Assembly: GCA_951406725.2 (NCBI GenBank)
Contig: OX597826.1
Span: forward strand, 83,948,001 to 84,012,000
Source of the DNA: Octopus vulgaris
Taxonomy: Eukaryota
Length of the DNA: 64,000 nucleotides
Direction: 5' to 3'
Position numbers and translations under genes: made by a program. Shown here piece after piece: positions 12,361-35,982 of the stretch (position 1 is the first letter of the stretch; the number at the start of each line of letters is the position of its first letter). Below the pieces are notes generated by a model. It was not told the DNA's origin and made no database searches. It was given only the letters and a program-made list of their open reading frames with translations.

Positions 12361-12533
12361 TCACCCACTACACTCTCGGAGTGGTTGGCGTTAGGAAGGG
12401 CATCCAGCTGTAGAAACACTGCCAGATCTGACTGGCCTGGTGCAGCCTTCGGGCTCCCCAGACCCCAGTTGAACCGTCCAACCCATGCTAGCATGGAAAA
12501 CGGACGCTAAATGATGATGATGATGATGATGAT

Positions 12534-18614
<6,081 letters not shown>

Positions 18615-19064
18615 AACGGGAAGCTTTATGAAAATAAACAAAAGACGAAGGCAGGTGGAAAACAAACGAACAATTGTATTAGTATGGCGCTCAGGAAATA
18701 TAAATAAAACAAGTCTTTAACGTTTCGAGCCTACGCTCTTCAACAGAAAGATACACAGAGAGAGAAAAACACAGAAAGAAGGAGAGAAAAAATGCGTGCA
18801 GTAGCTAACGAATCAACATGGCGATCTGATTTCGGCCAGAGGTCAAAGATCAAACATGAGACGCGAGAGCGAAATAAGGGGAGATAATAGGGTTGAGGGA
18901 CCAGCTAAAAGTGCGTGGGAGGGGTCTGGATGTGTGTATGTATAGGGTTGGTGTATGTATTAGTATGTATAAGGGTGTGTGTGTGTGTGTGTGTGTGTAT
19001 GAGAGAGTATTAGTGCGTAGGATTGGTCTGGACGTGCGTATGTATGGGGTTGGTGTATGTATTA
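18615..19064 (-). repeat. 3' pseudo-LTR of the Penelope-like element
   Basis: Near-identical to 23111-23577 (offset 4496 at the start). Confidence 0.92.
18714..18751 (-). ncRNA. Minimal type-I hammerhead ribozyme (A6U core variant)
   Basis: UCUUU CUGUUGA A GAGC-GUAG-GCUC GAAA CG UU AAAGA: 5-bp stem I, 4-bp stem II, palindromic AACGUU stem III. Confidence 0.75.
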
Positions 19065-19275
19065 GTATGTATTAGTATGTATTAGTACGTATTGGTATGT
19101 ATAGTGTGTGTGTGTGTGTGTGAGAGAGTATAAGTGCGTATGCGGGGTCTGGACGTGTGTATGTATAGGGTTGGTGTAAGTATTAGTATGTACTAGTATG
19201 TATTAGTACGTATTAGTATGTATTAGTTGGTGTGTGTATTAGTATGGCACATCATATGTGATGTGATGTGTAAAG

Positions 19276-22200
19276 TCATGTGGTGTAGTGAGGAGAAGAG
19301 GGGGAGGGGAGAAGAGGGGGAGAAGGGGAGGGGAAGAAGAGGGGGAGGGGAGGGGGAAGAGGAGAGGATGGGGAGAAGGAAGGGGAGGAGAGGGATGAAG
19401 GAGGAAAGAGGGAGAGGGGGAGAGAGAAGGGGAGAGAGGGAGTGAGGGAGCAGAGGGAAGGGGAAGAGGGAGGGAGAAAGAGGGAAGAAGGGAAGGGGAG
19501 TAGGGGTGAAAGGATGAAGGACTGAAGAAGTAGGGGTCGGGGGGAGAAAGGATAGGTGAGGAGGGGGAGAGGGGGGTTAGATGAGGAGGGGGGAGAGTTG
19601 AGACCAAATGGCGTATAAGAGCGAAGAGAGAAGATTAATTCCTGTTCACGGCGCAAACGGGAATCCGGATGGCCTCTGTGTAAGGACAAACCGAACACAG
19701 ATAGGTGTTGCAAGGAGTGACCGGTGGAGCGGAAATGGCGTGAGACCGGTGTGTCGTTCGCAAGGTGGATGTCACGAAGGTGTTCCGCGAACCGGTCAGC
19801 CAAGCGGCGTCCCGTTTGTCCGATGTACAAGGAATTGCAGAGAGAGCAAGAGATGCAATAGATAATATTGCTGGAGGTGCAGGTGAAGGAGTGGATGATG
19901 GGATAGGGTCGATGGTGGGTGCTAGTGAGGCGGGTGGTGTTGGAGAGGTAAGGGCAAGTGCGGCAACGTGGGCGGGAGCAGGGGAACGAGCCGGGTTGGG
20001 AGGTAGGGTCAGGGAAGGAGCTATGGACCAAAAGGTCTCGAAGGTTGTGGGCTCGTTTGAAAGAGGGGAGGGGTCGGTTAGGGAAGAGGTGTGAAGTGGA
20101 CGGGTCGGACTGGAGATGACGGAAAGCTCGAAGAATGGTGCGTTGGAGACGTAGGGTCGTGGGGTGGTAAGTGAGGGGAAAAGGGAGGCGGGAGACTACA
20201 GGGCGGGTTCGGGGAGAGAGAGCAGATACACGGTCCACGGACCGTGCTCTGGCAAGGGCGGTGTGGATAGTGGTGAGGGGGTATCCACGTAGGGTGAAGT
20301 GGTGAGCCATACGTTGAGACTGAGTCTCAAAGTCATGGTCGTCACTACAGAGCCTACGTAGACGGAGGAATTGGGAATAGGGGATGGAAAGCTTGGTGTG
20401 TTCTGGGTGGGAGGAAGAGAAGTTGAGGTATGAGTGTGAGTCTGTGTGTTTGTAGTGAATGGAGGTGGTAAGAGTGGAGTGAAGAATGCTAACCGAAATG
20501 TCGAGGAAGGAGACAGAGGTGTTGGAGATAGTGGAAGTGAAGTGGAGGGCTGGATGGAAAGATTGGACGAAAGAGAGGAAGGAATCTAGATGTTCGCGGG
20601 AGAGTGAGGTGGCACCGATAATGTCGTCAATATAACGACCATATAGTTCAGGAGTGGGACCAGTGAAATTAGAGAATATTTGGGCCTCAACATAGCCAAC
20701 GAACAGGTTCGCATAGTTGGGGCCCATTCGCGTTCCCATGGCCACTCCCGAGACCTGATGGTAGAACTCGCCCGCGAACGAGAAGCAGTTCAGAGTAAGG
20801 ACAAGTTCGGCCAGACGAATGAGTGTGGAGGTGTCAGGTACAGGGTTAGAGCGGAGGTCAAGAAAGTGTCGAAGGGCCTGCAGTCCTTCGTGGTGAGGGA
20901 TAACAGTATAGAGGCTTTGGATGTCCATAGTAAAAAGGATTTTGGAAGGAGCCGGGAGGAAAGGAGAAAGAGTTGAAAAGCCGGAGAGCATGGTTGGTAT
21001 CGTGGATGTGGGAGGGAAGAGATGCCACTAGGGGGGCAAGGACACGGTCGAGGTATTTAGAGATGAGCTCCGTGGGGCAGTTACAGGCGGAGACGATGGG
21101 GCGGCCAGGGTTGTTGGGTTTGTGGATTTTGGGGAGGAAGTAAATGGTGGGGGTGCACGTGGGGTTCGCACAATTAGGTTGGATGCGGTGCGGGGGAGAC
21201 GGGAGGACGAGATGAGGTCTTGGACAGTAGAGGATACCGTCTGTTGGTAGCTACGTGTGGGGTTAGAGGGCAGAGGGGAATAGAAGGAGGTGTCATTGAG
21301 TTGGCGGAAAGCCTCGGCCCTATAGAGGTCTGCGCGCCACACCACTACAGCTCCACCCTTGTCAGCCGGTTTGATGATAATGTCAGCGCGCCGTTGGAGG
21401 GAACGAAGAGCCAAGAGCTCAGCCGGGGAGATGTTGAGGCGGCGTTGGCGCCTGGAGAAGTTGAACCGCTCCAATGCACGCTGACAAGCGCCCGCGAAAA
21501 GATCCACTGCTAGGATCTGGCCAGGGGCAGGCGTCCACGGGGATGGTCGGCGGCCCAGGCCAGTGAAGCAGTCGTCCTCTTCGTTGGGTGTGGGTGGCGA
21601 GTCGTGGTAATGCGCACCCAACCGGACACGGCGTACAAAGCTGTGGACATCAACTCGCGTCTGGAATTCCTTACAGGATGGAGTGAGGGGGATGAAACGC
21701 AGACCCCTACCAAGGACGGAGCGTTCAGCCGCAGAGAGGGGAAGATCGGGGGGAATGGTAACAACAGACGGAAGTGGAGAAGGGGTGGGTGGAATAGAAG
21801 TAGGAGGGGTGGTAGGTCTCGTGGAGGTCTGAGGGGGAGGGATTGGGGAGGTGTGTGGGGGGTGGTTGGGGCGGGGCAGTAGGGTTAGGTGTAGGTGGAT
21901 GGAGCCTAACGGGAGGGGAGAAGGGGTTGTAAGGAGGGGTAGTGGGGTTAGGTGTGGGTGGATGGAGCCTATCGGGAGGGGAGAAGGGTGGTGGAGGAGT
22001 TGGGGTAGTGGCGTCGGGTAGGGTGGAATGGAAGAGTGATTGGAGTTTACGAAGTTTGGTATCAGAAAGAAATTGATGGAAGAGTTGATTCAAATGGATA
22101 ATGAAGCGTAGCGTGTTTGGAGCATAGAGAGGCGGCAGAGAGGAGAAGAAGGTGGAGAAAGCAGGAGGAAGAAGGCGGTTGATGGCATGTAGTTTGGAGA

Positions 22201-22488
22201 GATTGGAGCGAATGGTGGCCCGCATAAGGCGGTAAGATGTGGTGCGGAGTATGGGTAAGATGGAAGAATCCGAGTGGAGAGCAGGGTGGAAGTGGAGGCG
22301 GAAACCTTTAGGGATGAGTCGGTGATGTAGGCAGCGGCTTAGGAAAGAGACATGGCTAGAGAAGCGGGTTTTTTAAAAAGAAGTAGAGAGAGATTAACGG
22401 ACGGCTGAAGGCAATATACAGGATGTGAACGTAGATGATCCTTCAAACGGTGATGGAGGGTGAGGAGGTAGGACCTAGGATCCGGCAT
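19276..22488 (-). pseudogene. Penelope-like polyprotein (N-terminal domain, RT, GIY-YIG endonuclease) broken by about 4 frameshifts
   Basis: MPDPRS start 22488; [83 protein letters not shown]; true stop may be near 19578. Confidence 0.92.
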
Positions 22489-23110
22489 GATGGGATAGCG
22501 GAAAAAAACGTTCGAAAAAACAAAAAAAACAAAAAACAAAAATTATCGTATGAAAAAAATAGAAAAAAAAGGGGTAGCGAAAAAACGGGGAAAAAACAAA
22601 CGTTCAAAAAAGCAAAAAAATAATAATCGTATGAAAAAACTAGATAAGTAAGCGATAGGGGCAGAAAAGACGGGGCAAACGGAAAAGGGAAAGAAAGAAG
22701 GAAGCAGAGAGAGGGGGAGGCAAAAAAAGGGGGTGCAGGCAGAGGAAACGGAGTATGGACATCCAGAGAGGGAAGAAAGACGGAAAGGAGAACAAAAATT
22801 CAGGAAAATGTGGAAAGCATGAAATGAATGTAAAAAAAGTGGTAATATAAGAGAAAATAAAAATACAACAAACGGGACAGTTTATGCGAACAAGTTCAAG
22901 GTTGAAAGTTCAAGGTGAGAAATGTGTAGACGTCGTGGTATATTTTTTAAGGATTTCACATCAATGCAAAGTCACTTTGATCCGCGAAAGAGAGGTGCAG
23001 CCAATGGTAAGTATCCAAGAGGTAAAGAAAATCCAAGGTAGAGGTAAGTGTTGATAGTGGTATTGGTAGAATATAGGATGAAAGTGAGACCACGTGAGCG
23101 CATAATATAT

Positions 23111-23577
23111 AACGGGAAGCTTTATGAAAATAAACAAAAGACGAAGGCAGTTGGAAAACAAACGAACAATTGTATTAGTATGGCGCTCAGGAAATATAAA
23201 TAAAACAAGTCTTTAACGTTTCGAGCCTACGCTCTTCAACAGAAAGATACACAGAGAGAGAAAAACACAGAAAGAAGGAGAGAAAAAAATGCGTGCAGTA
23301 GCTAACGAATCAACATGGCGATCTGATTTCGGCCAGAGGTCAAAGATCAAACATGAGACGCGAGAGCGAAATAAGGGGAGATAATAGGGTTGATAAAAGG
23401 GTTGAGGGACCAGCTAAAAGTGCGTGGGAGGGGTCTGGATGTGTGTATGTATAGGGTTGGTGTATGTATTAGTATGTATAAGGGTATGTGTGTGTGTGTG
23501 TGTGTGTGTGTATGAGAAAGTATTAGTGCGTAGGATTGGTCTGGACGTGCGTATGTATGGGGTTGGTGTATGTATTA
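23111..23577 (-). repeat. 5' pseudo-LTR of the Penelope-like element
   Basis: Near-identical to 18615-19064 with a 12-bp duplication near 23390. Confidence 0.92.
23210..23247 (-). ncRNA. Minimal type-I hammerhead ribozyme, second copy
   Basis: Identical to 18714-18751. Confidence 0.75.
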
Positions 23578-27780
<4,203 letters not shown>

Positions 27781-29136
27781 TGTGCGTGTGTGCACATACG
27801 TATATGTATATACATATTCTTTTATTCTTTCACTCATTTCAGCCATGTGGCTGCAGTCATGCTGGAGCAATAAGTTTGTAAAAAAATACTCAATCCAGTC
27901 ACAATGTTCAAAGAAAGATTTCTAAAAAGTTATTAAATCTTTACGAAATTTTTCTTATTTAGAAAATAAAATGAGCTGAACCTTTTGGAGAGAAGTTTTC
28001 TATTGTTCGTTACACACACACACACACACATACAGTGTCTGGTATTTGTTCTATGAGTCTGTTTTGCTGGACTGCTAAGCTATGTGAATATAAACAAACC
28101 AACTCCCTGCAAATGATTAGGAAGAACTAACAACCATGATGACATAGACACATACCTAAAGAAACACACACACACGCGCGCGCATATATGTATGCATATA
28201 AATACACATGCAAACATATTTATACATATATATGTACACAGACACACACACACATACACGCACGCACACACTCACACATGAGAGAGACAGAGAGAGTCTA
28301 GTCTTTTTGTGCTCATTACTTATTGTGTGAATATATATATATATATATATACACACACATGCATGCATACATACATACATACATAAACAATGATGAAATG
28401 ATAACAAACCAGTGCATGTGTTATTATTAGCATAATGACTCTCCCAAGACTCAACAATATATATCTATATATTAAGATTTGCACATAAGAAAGGCTTCTA
28501 TCCAGTTTCTCTTGACCTTGTACATAATTTTATAGGCATGTATGTGTTCAATATAAGTAATGTTATTTGAATATAAGTATGTATGTATATACATAGTCAC
28601 AAATTTATAAATATCCATTTGTATGCATGCATGCACATATATACATATAAGATATTGTATATATAAAAGTACAAATAAATTATATATACACGCGCACACA
28701 CACACACACACGCGCGCGCGAGCACACACACACACACATGCGCGTGCAAGCACACACACACACACACACTTATATGCAGATAAATACATGTATATATATT
28801 CATATATATACTAATTCATTATATATATGTGTGTGTGTGTGTGTGTGCTTGCATGCACACATGTGTGCAGGCTTATAAGTCTGTGTATACTATACGTATG
28901 TCAGTGTACGTATATGAATATATATAATATTATGTATACATGGAGTGTATGTGCGAGTGTGTGCATGCATATATATATATATGCATATATAGAGACACAC
29001 ACACACATATACACCTATTGAGACACCCAGGTATAGACACATGAATGACCGTGCATGCATGTGTAACCAAAAAATTTATTAAATCAAAAAAGCAAGGAAA
29101 AGATAGTCAGAAAATCTTACCTTTGATATGTGTTTA

Positions 29137-29193
<57 letters not shown>

Positions 29194-30107
29194 TAACAAT
29201 GATGATTTAACAAATTAAGAACATTAAGCAACTGTAGATAATAACCAAATTCATGATTTTAAAATTTCCTTTTTTCCAAATTAAAATTAATTAATTAAAT
29301 GATATGAGATACTTATTGCAAAGGAGCTTTTTTGTTTGTTTGCTTTTTGTTTTTTGCCTTTTTTTTTTTTTGGTGGAGAGGCTTTTTTGTTTGTTGCTGT
29401 TGGTGGTGGTTGTGTTGGTGATGGAGTTATTCCTTTGGCGTTTCGACTACCAAAACAAAACTAATGGAACATCTCTTAAGAGGGGAACCAGTTGCAGGCA
29501 GGCAACTTTCTCTCCCTAGCTTCCTTCCTTCCTCCTTGTCTCTAGTTCAAGTAAATCATCCGCTGAAAATAACTGGAGATGCTGCTGTTGTTGTTGTTGT
29601 TGTTGCATTGAGCTTCATTGGTAGCAGACCACACTCCCCTTCACTGCAGTAAACAACACTCTTTTTAACATTCTCTTCTTTGTTCTTTAATTCTTTAGTA
29701 TTATGATCAATCATTTCAATCGTACTCAAGCGTAACACATTAAATGTTGTTGTGTGTTTAGCCCTAGGTCAGCTGGTCAAACAGACAGGCCTATCATCAA
29801 AAGCATTCCATGCCTGATCTTTTGTCCCCCATCCAGTTATATAAATAGGATTGTCTACATCACACCCCTACATTTTTCACATAGCAATGTAATTTGAAGG
29901 AGAATTGGCTGCTCTTTCTAGCACATGAAGCAACCAACTCAAGACTTCTTCATTAACTCAATAAATATTTACTCGGTGTTGTTGTTGTTGCTTAGCCCCA
30001 AATCAGCCCAGAATAAATTGGTAATTCCAGTGCAGGGAATACAAAGACGGGTCTCCCATTCCTGCATAACTTACACACAACTGCCATCCATTGTTGTTTT
30101 CAAATTT

Positions 30108-30318
30108 TGACACAAGGCCAGCAATTTGGGGGAGGGGTGTAAGTCTATTACACTGACCCTAGTATGCAACTGGTACTTATTTTATAGACCCCTGAATGAA
30201 CGAAGGGCAAAGTTGACTTCAGCGGAATTTGAACTCAGAAAGTAAAAATGGACAAAATGCTGCAAAGCCTTTTGCCTGGCACAGAAACAATAATTCTGTG
30301 GCCAGCTTGCCACCTTAC
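30108..30318 (-). mobile_element. tRNA-derived SINE (family B)
   Basis: Matches 6002-6205 end to end. Confidence 0.8.
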
Positions 30319-30484
30319 CACTACTGAATATTACAACAGATTTCACACAGGACCCTATACAATCACCACCCACAGAATAAATACAACTCACACAAAAATC
30401 AATAAAGAAACTTCTTAATGTCTTCTAGATATACTAACCAAAATCTTTCTCAAAGAATGTTATACTGCCTTCAAAAGAAACGAA

Positions 30485-30709
30485 ACATTAATTACATTAT
30501 TTACATTGGATGGATATTTGTCTTCATCTTGTTTGTTGTTAACACAACGTTTCGGCTGATATACCCTCCAGCCTTCATCAAGTGTCTTGGGGAAATTTCG
30601 AACCTGGGGTCTTATTCCTAAGGTATTTTTCGATGATATTATTATTATTCAGGTCATTGCCTGGAATTGAACTCAGAATCTTGGGGTTAGTAGCTCATAC
30701 TGTTAACCA
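30485..30709 (-). mobile_element. tRNA-headed short element carrying a hammerhead ribozyme
   Basis: Minus strand TGGTTAA (A-box end), GAGTTCAATTCC (B box), second GGTTCGAAAT, hammerhead, then AATGTAAAT repeats; relatives at 3730-3863 and 42926-43198. Confidence 0.8.
30541..30586 (-). ncRNA. Minimal type-I hammerhead ribozyme (C3U)
   Basis: GACAC UUGAUGA A GGCUG-GAGGGUAUAU-CAGCC GAAA CG UU GUGUU. Confidence 0.8.
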
Positions 30710-32143
30710 TGAGATTGAAGACGCGATGATGGTGATAATAATGACCATTTCTGATTTAAGCACGAAGCTAGAAGTTTTAAGGGGAGGGGACGGTCAGTTA
30801 CATCAACACCCCCACTACTTGACTGGTACTTTTTATTGACCATGGAAGAGTGAAAGGTAAAGTTGGCTGTGGCATGATTTGAACTACAAGACATTGCTTT
30901 GATGCTCTATTCAGTCAGTTTGTTCTTCTTAAATAATTATTTCTAACGAAAGTAAAGGTTGAAAATTTGGGGGAAGAGGTCAGTCAGTTATCCTGACCTC
31001 AGCACTTGATTGGTACTTATTCATCTCCAAAATGATAAAAAAAAAACAAAGTTGACTTGAGCAGGATTTGAACTCAGGAAGTAAAGAGTTGGATCATAAA
31101 CTGTAGGGGATTTAGTTCAACATTTAAACAATTCTGCCAGCAGAAAGCCGTGAAGGGGAGAGTGAAGTTGGTCATATTCACTGCAGAACTTGGCCAGTAT
31201 TTATTTTATTGACCCCAAAAGAATGAAGAACAAAGTCAACCCAGCCAGAATTTGAACACCAAACATCGGTAAGGAAATTGGATTGCAGAATTAGCAGAGC
31301 ATCTGACAGAATATAGTCTTTGGCAACATTACTGTACATTGCTTTTTATTCTGAAGCCAGCACCAGCACCTGTGCCAGTGTCATGTGAAAAGCATCCATG
31401 TTGGTGCCACCACATATAAGGCACTCATGCTGGTGCCATGTAAAAAGCATCCAGTACAGTCTGTAAAATGGTTGGCATTAGAACAGGTGTCCAGCCATAG
31501 AATCTGTACCAAAACAGACAACTGGAGCACGGTGCAGCTCTCCGGCTTGCCAGCTCTTGTCAAACCATCCAACCCATTCCAGTAGGAAAATAGACACCAA
31601 ATGATGATGATGATGATGATGACAATTCTGCCAATAAAATAAGATGGTGTTCAGGAATTTGTTATTGGATTTAAATTCTTTATGGCACTTAAGAAAGGCA
31701 TCCATTTGTAATGGCTGCAGGTATGGCTTATCACTCAGAAGTATGCTTTGCAGTTGTAGGGTTTTGGTGGTTGGTCTTCTGTTGTAGGCTTCCGATAAAC
31801 ACAAGCGATGTAGGTGTAATTTGGTTGACAGAAACTATATGGATGCCTCTCCAAAGGTGGACATTGGGTGATTTAAGTGGTGTGCACTCGGTGAAAAACA
31901 TTCAACTTAAGTTTCCAATCTGACGGCCAAACTTGGAATATATTTAACTGAAATAATGCATAATTAATTCTCTAAACACATTGACAGATTACACATTAAT
32001 GTAGACGTAGGCACATTCTTGAAATATAGCAAAGCTGTGGATATTGTTGGGGAAATTGTGACATAGTAGCCGTTAGCTTTGAATAATTTCCAAGATGTAT
32101 ATAAGAAAGAAAACCATTAGGTACCTCTCAAACCAGGATTAAT

Positions 32144-32196
<53 letters not shown>

Positions 32197-32252
32197 TAAA
32201 ATTAATAATAATGAGGAGGAGGGGGAGGAGGAGGGGGGGAGGGGGATAAGAA

Positions 32253-32283
<31 letters not shown>

Positions 32284-32491
32284 AAGGCAACAACGATGAT
32301 GACCATCCTGTATCAGACCCTAACCAATATTTTTGTAAGGCTTGATGGAGAGCAAGTAAACCAGTGTGAAAGTCAACAATGGCTGAAAAGTTCTCCATTG
32401 GAACAGAAACAGGTGTGATTCTAGCTGCAAAGAGCAATGTCTATCCAGAAAAAGGCTAAAAACCCATGAAAGAAGATGCAATGAGTAGAAA

Positions 32492-32543
<52 letters not shown>

Positions 32544-32734
32544 ACCAAATCGTATCTGACTGCTTAGTTGTTGCCAAGTGTGAGTAGATACAAAAAGTAC
32601 AATAAAGTTGGCAGCCATGTCCAGTGGGTAAATATATTAATATTGCAATGTGGAAATGGACAAGAGATGGATTAAACAAAGGACATGACAAATCAGCCAC
32701 AAAGGGATCAAAGTAAACTGTTTTATCATTAGCA

Positions 32735-33246
32735 TATCATCATTTGACGTCTGTTTTTCATGCTGGTGTGAGTTGGACGGTTTGACAAGAGCTGGCAAGG
32801 CCAGCAACCGCAACAGGCTCCACTGTCAGTTTTGGCATGGTTTCTACAGTTATATGACCCTTCTAATGCCAACCACTTTACAGAAATGTACTCGATGTTT
32901 TTTATGTGGCAACAGCACCAAATTTTCGATATAATAATCAAGGACAACATTCAAGTGTGGTCACTGCTAGTGCCACTGGACTGGCGCCCATGCAGGTAGC
33001 ATGTAAAAAACACCTGAGCGTGGTCTTTGCCAGTACTGCCTGACTGGCCCTCGTGCTGGTGGCACGTAAAAAGCACTCACTACACACTCAGAGTGGTTGG
33101 TGTTAGGAAAAGTATGCAGCTGAAGAAATTTTGCCAGATCAGATTGAGGTTGGTGCAGTTTTCTGGCTCGCCAGTCCTCAGTCAAACCGTCCAACCCACG
33201 CCAGCATGGAAAGCGGACATTAAACAACGATGATGATGATGATGAT
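32735..33246. mobile_element. Two head-to-head RTE 3'-UTR fragments
   Basis: 32735-32915 minus and 32966-33246 plus, both matching the RTE 3' end. Confidence 0.8.
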
Positions 33247-34413
33247 GGACTGGAATGAAGATACTTGCATTCAGGAGATGGACATAATGATCATTTCTGG
33301 CCAAAACATTGACCAAAAAGAAGTGGAGAAACATTAAAAATATAAATATAAAAATAAAACAAGTTCTAATAATTTCATGATGGAAAAGGAAAATCTGAAC
33401 AACAATAAACACACCATACCAGGGATCAAAACATTGTATGCAATCAAATATGGTAAAAGCCGAACAAAAGAAGAAACAAAAACAGAAACTTGCTTAGATT
33501 CAATCTACATCAACCACAAGGCACTCAGTGCAACAACACAATTCAAAGGGTGCAGTTACTGCACTCAGCACAAACCCTACACAATAACCAGCCAATCAAA
33601 TAACAACTCACACAACACAAACTTTCCATGACCAACACCCAATAAAATAACACAATACACAGTCCTCTACAACACCAGTAACCCAAATAATTCATGTTTT
33701 ATCCACAGCCGCAACCCATTAATGCAACACAAACCATTCACTGTACACACTTAGTGTCTGACATGAAAAGCCACGACACCAGTCACACAGCACACACGAA
33801 ACATACCAGCCACCCATCAAAATAATGTGACTCACATTGTACATACTCTACACTTACATACTCTATGTTTGTGTTGTATATATTCTACGCTTACCGAAGA
33901 AACTCTAAAACACCATCAGGAACAAGCTAAATACCCTAACCAAACAAACCTTTCAGGAAATACAGATCTACATTCCAAAACTATAAAGATGCAAAAAGCA
34001 GAGGACTACAGAGTCAGACTTGATGGAGTCACAGAGATTCCATAAAGATTCCACTGGGACTCATATAATTCCTAATATATGCAGAAAGCCATATATTTTG
34101 GCAAGATGACTACAAGTGATTAATATTTGAAATGGATATTTATTCTAATGATCCTGAAAGAATGAAAATTAAAGTCAATCTTGGTAAGATTCAAATTCTG
34201 TACATGAAGGAGTGTAGCAAAATGCCACATGGTGTCTTGTCAGACATTCTATCAATTATACCATCCCACAATACTATGAAAGATTTTGTCTTTCACTTTA
34301 CCAATTATACCTTCCAACACTAGCAGAAGACAATGCTTTACGGATTCTACAACCCACTGCTTCCACAAGACATTCTGTCTCTCAATTTATTGAATCTTAC
34401 AACCTACCTTGCT

Positions 34414-34446
34414 TAATAATAATAATAATAATAAATAATAATAATA

Positions 34447-34521
<75 letters not shown>

Positions 34522-34644
34522 AAGAAGAAGAAGGAGGAGGAGGAGGAGGAGGAGGAGGAGGAGGAGGAGGAGGAGGAGGAGGAGGAGGAGAAGAAGAAGA
34601 AGAAGAAGAAGAAGAAGAAGAAGAAGAAGAAGAAGAAGAAGAAG
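34414..34644. repeat. Compound (TAA)n(GAA)n(GGA)n(GAA)n microsatellite
   Basis: Direct reading. Confidence 0.97.
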
Positions 34645-35576
34645 ACACAACAAAAGCTATAAAGCAAATGAAATCAAAACTAAAACTAGAACAGCAACGG
34701 ACCATGATAAAACGATGGCAAGAAAAGCCCCTTCATGGTAAATACTGGACTAAACTAAATGCAAAAGAAATAGACAAAGAAAAATCCCAGCAATGGTTGA
34801 GAAGCTCAGGACTCAAAGCAGAGACAGAGGGATTTTTAATTGCAGCACAAGTCCAAAGCCTCCCCCATCAGAAATTACCAAAAACATGTAATGAAAAGAA
34901 ATATGACAAGTAACTGCAGAATATGTGGAGATGGACAAGAAACAATAAATCATATTATCTCTGGCTGCCCAGTCCTGACTAAGAAGGAATATATTCACAG
35001 ACACGACAGAGTTGGAACCTACATACACTGGAAGCTATGGCAACATTATGGAATAACAACAGAAAAAAGATGGTATAGGCACACACCTGAAAAGGTCACA
35101 GAAAACGAGAAAGCAACCATACTCTGGGATATGCCGATACACACAGATAGAGAAATTAAGGCTAACAGACCAGATATAGTTGTCAGAGATCATGAAGAAA
35201 AAAATGCTTTCTAATTGATGTATCAATACCAGCAGATGACAACGTGTCTCTAAAAGAAATGGAGAAACTTTCAAAATACAAAGACCTGGAAATAGAGGTA
35301 ACTAGAATGTGGAATCGAAAAACAGAAACAATTCCTATCATAGTAGGTGCATTAGGCATGATAAAAAATATTCAGACAAATACATAACAAAAACACCAGG
35401 ACTTACAAACACATATAACATAGAGAAAATTGCACTACTAGGCACTGCACACATCCTACGCACAACACTTTCAATACAGTAACCATCAGAGCATCACAAC
35501 AACTCACAGCACATACCCAAGGCACACAGAGCTGCGCTCGGTAGTGAAGTGAAAGCACGCTATAAAAATAAAACTA

Positions 35577-35580
<4 letters not shown>
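34645..35580 (+). mobile_element. 5'-truncated Dong/R4-type non-LTR retrotransposon (CCHC knuckle + restriction-like endonuclease)
   Basis: KPLHG, ETEGFLIAAQ, CRICGDGQETINHIISGC, RHDRV, NRPDIV, LIDVSIP, EKLSKYKDL across frameshifts; (AAT)n follows. Confidence 0.9.
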
Positions 35581-35627
<47 letters not shown>

Positions 35628-35628
<1 letters not shown>

Positions 35629-35940
35629 GGTAGGGAGCATCATAGCCATGTGTTGAGAGGAATTCTCTGAGATTTGAATAATTTACCTCTGGAAACATGA
35701 GTGTTTCATTCAACATCCTTAAACAACCCTGGGCCACTTGACCTGAAGAAAATTCTAACTGGACCCCACCTGCAAGGTCATACACTGTTAATCTTATTAT
35801 GAGATCACCATGTCGCGCACATGTGGTTATGATGCATGTGCCTGGTGCACCCTTATCAGACGGGTAGTCATGATGAGTATGCTGGGATTAGTATATTTTA
35901 CCCCAGTATCACTCTGATGGCATGCACTGCTCGCTCACTC
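35628..35940. other. Unclassified 313-bp insert flanked by (AAT)n
   Basis: Complex sequence between (AAT)n arrays; contains hairpin ATGCTGGG...CCCAGTAT. Confidence 0.4.
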
Positions 35941-35982
35941 AATAATAATAAGAAGAATAACAATAATAATCCTTTCTACTAA

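Larger units (their letters stand above)
9928..12533 (+). mobile_element. 5'-truncated RTE-clade LINE inserted in (TA)n
   Basis: Coding remnant 9946-10802, expanded repetitive 3' UTR, (GAT)n tail, (TA)n on both sides. Confidence 0.92.
18615..23577 (-). mobile_element. Near-complete Neptune-type Penelope-like retroelement with two pseudo-LTRs, inserted in (TA)n
   Basis: RT with RYIDD followed by CSRPRCRTC linker and GIY-YIG nuclease; direct repeats 18615-19064 and 23111-23577; hammerhead in each. Confidence 0.95.

Noticed and set aside
18615-23577. LTR retrotransposon interpretation of the direct repeats
   Set aside because: No TG...CA ends, PBS, gag, protease or integrase; RT plus GIY-YIG identifies a Penelope-like element.
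29112-29130. Minus-strand splice-donor-like AAG/GTAAGA suggesting a host exon
   Set aside because: No supportable exon or ORF; cannot be called without RNA data.
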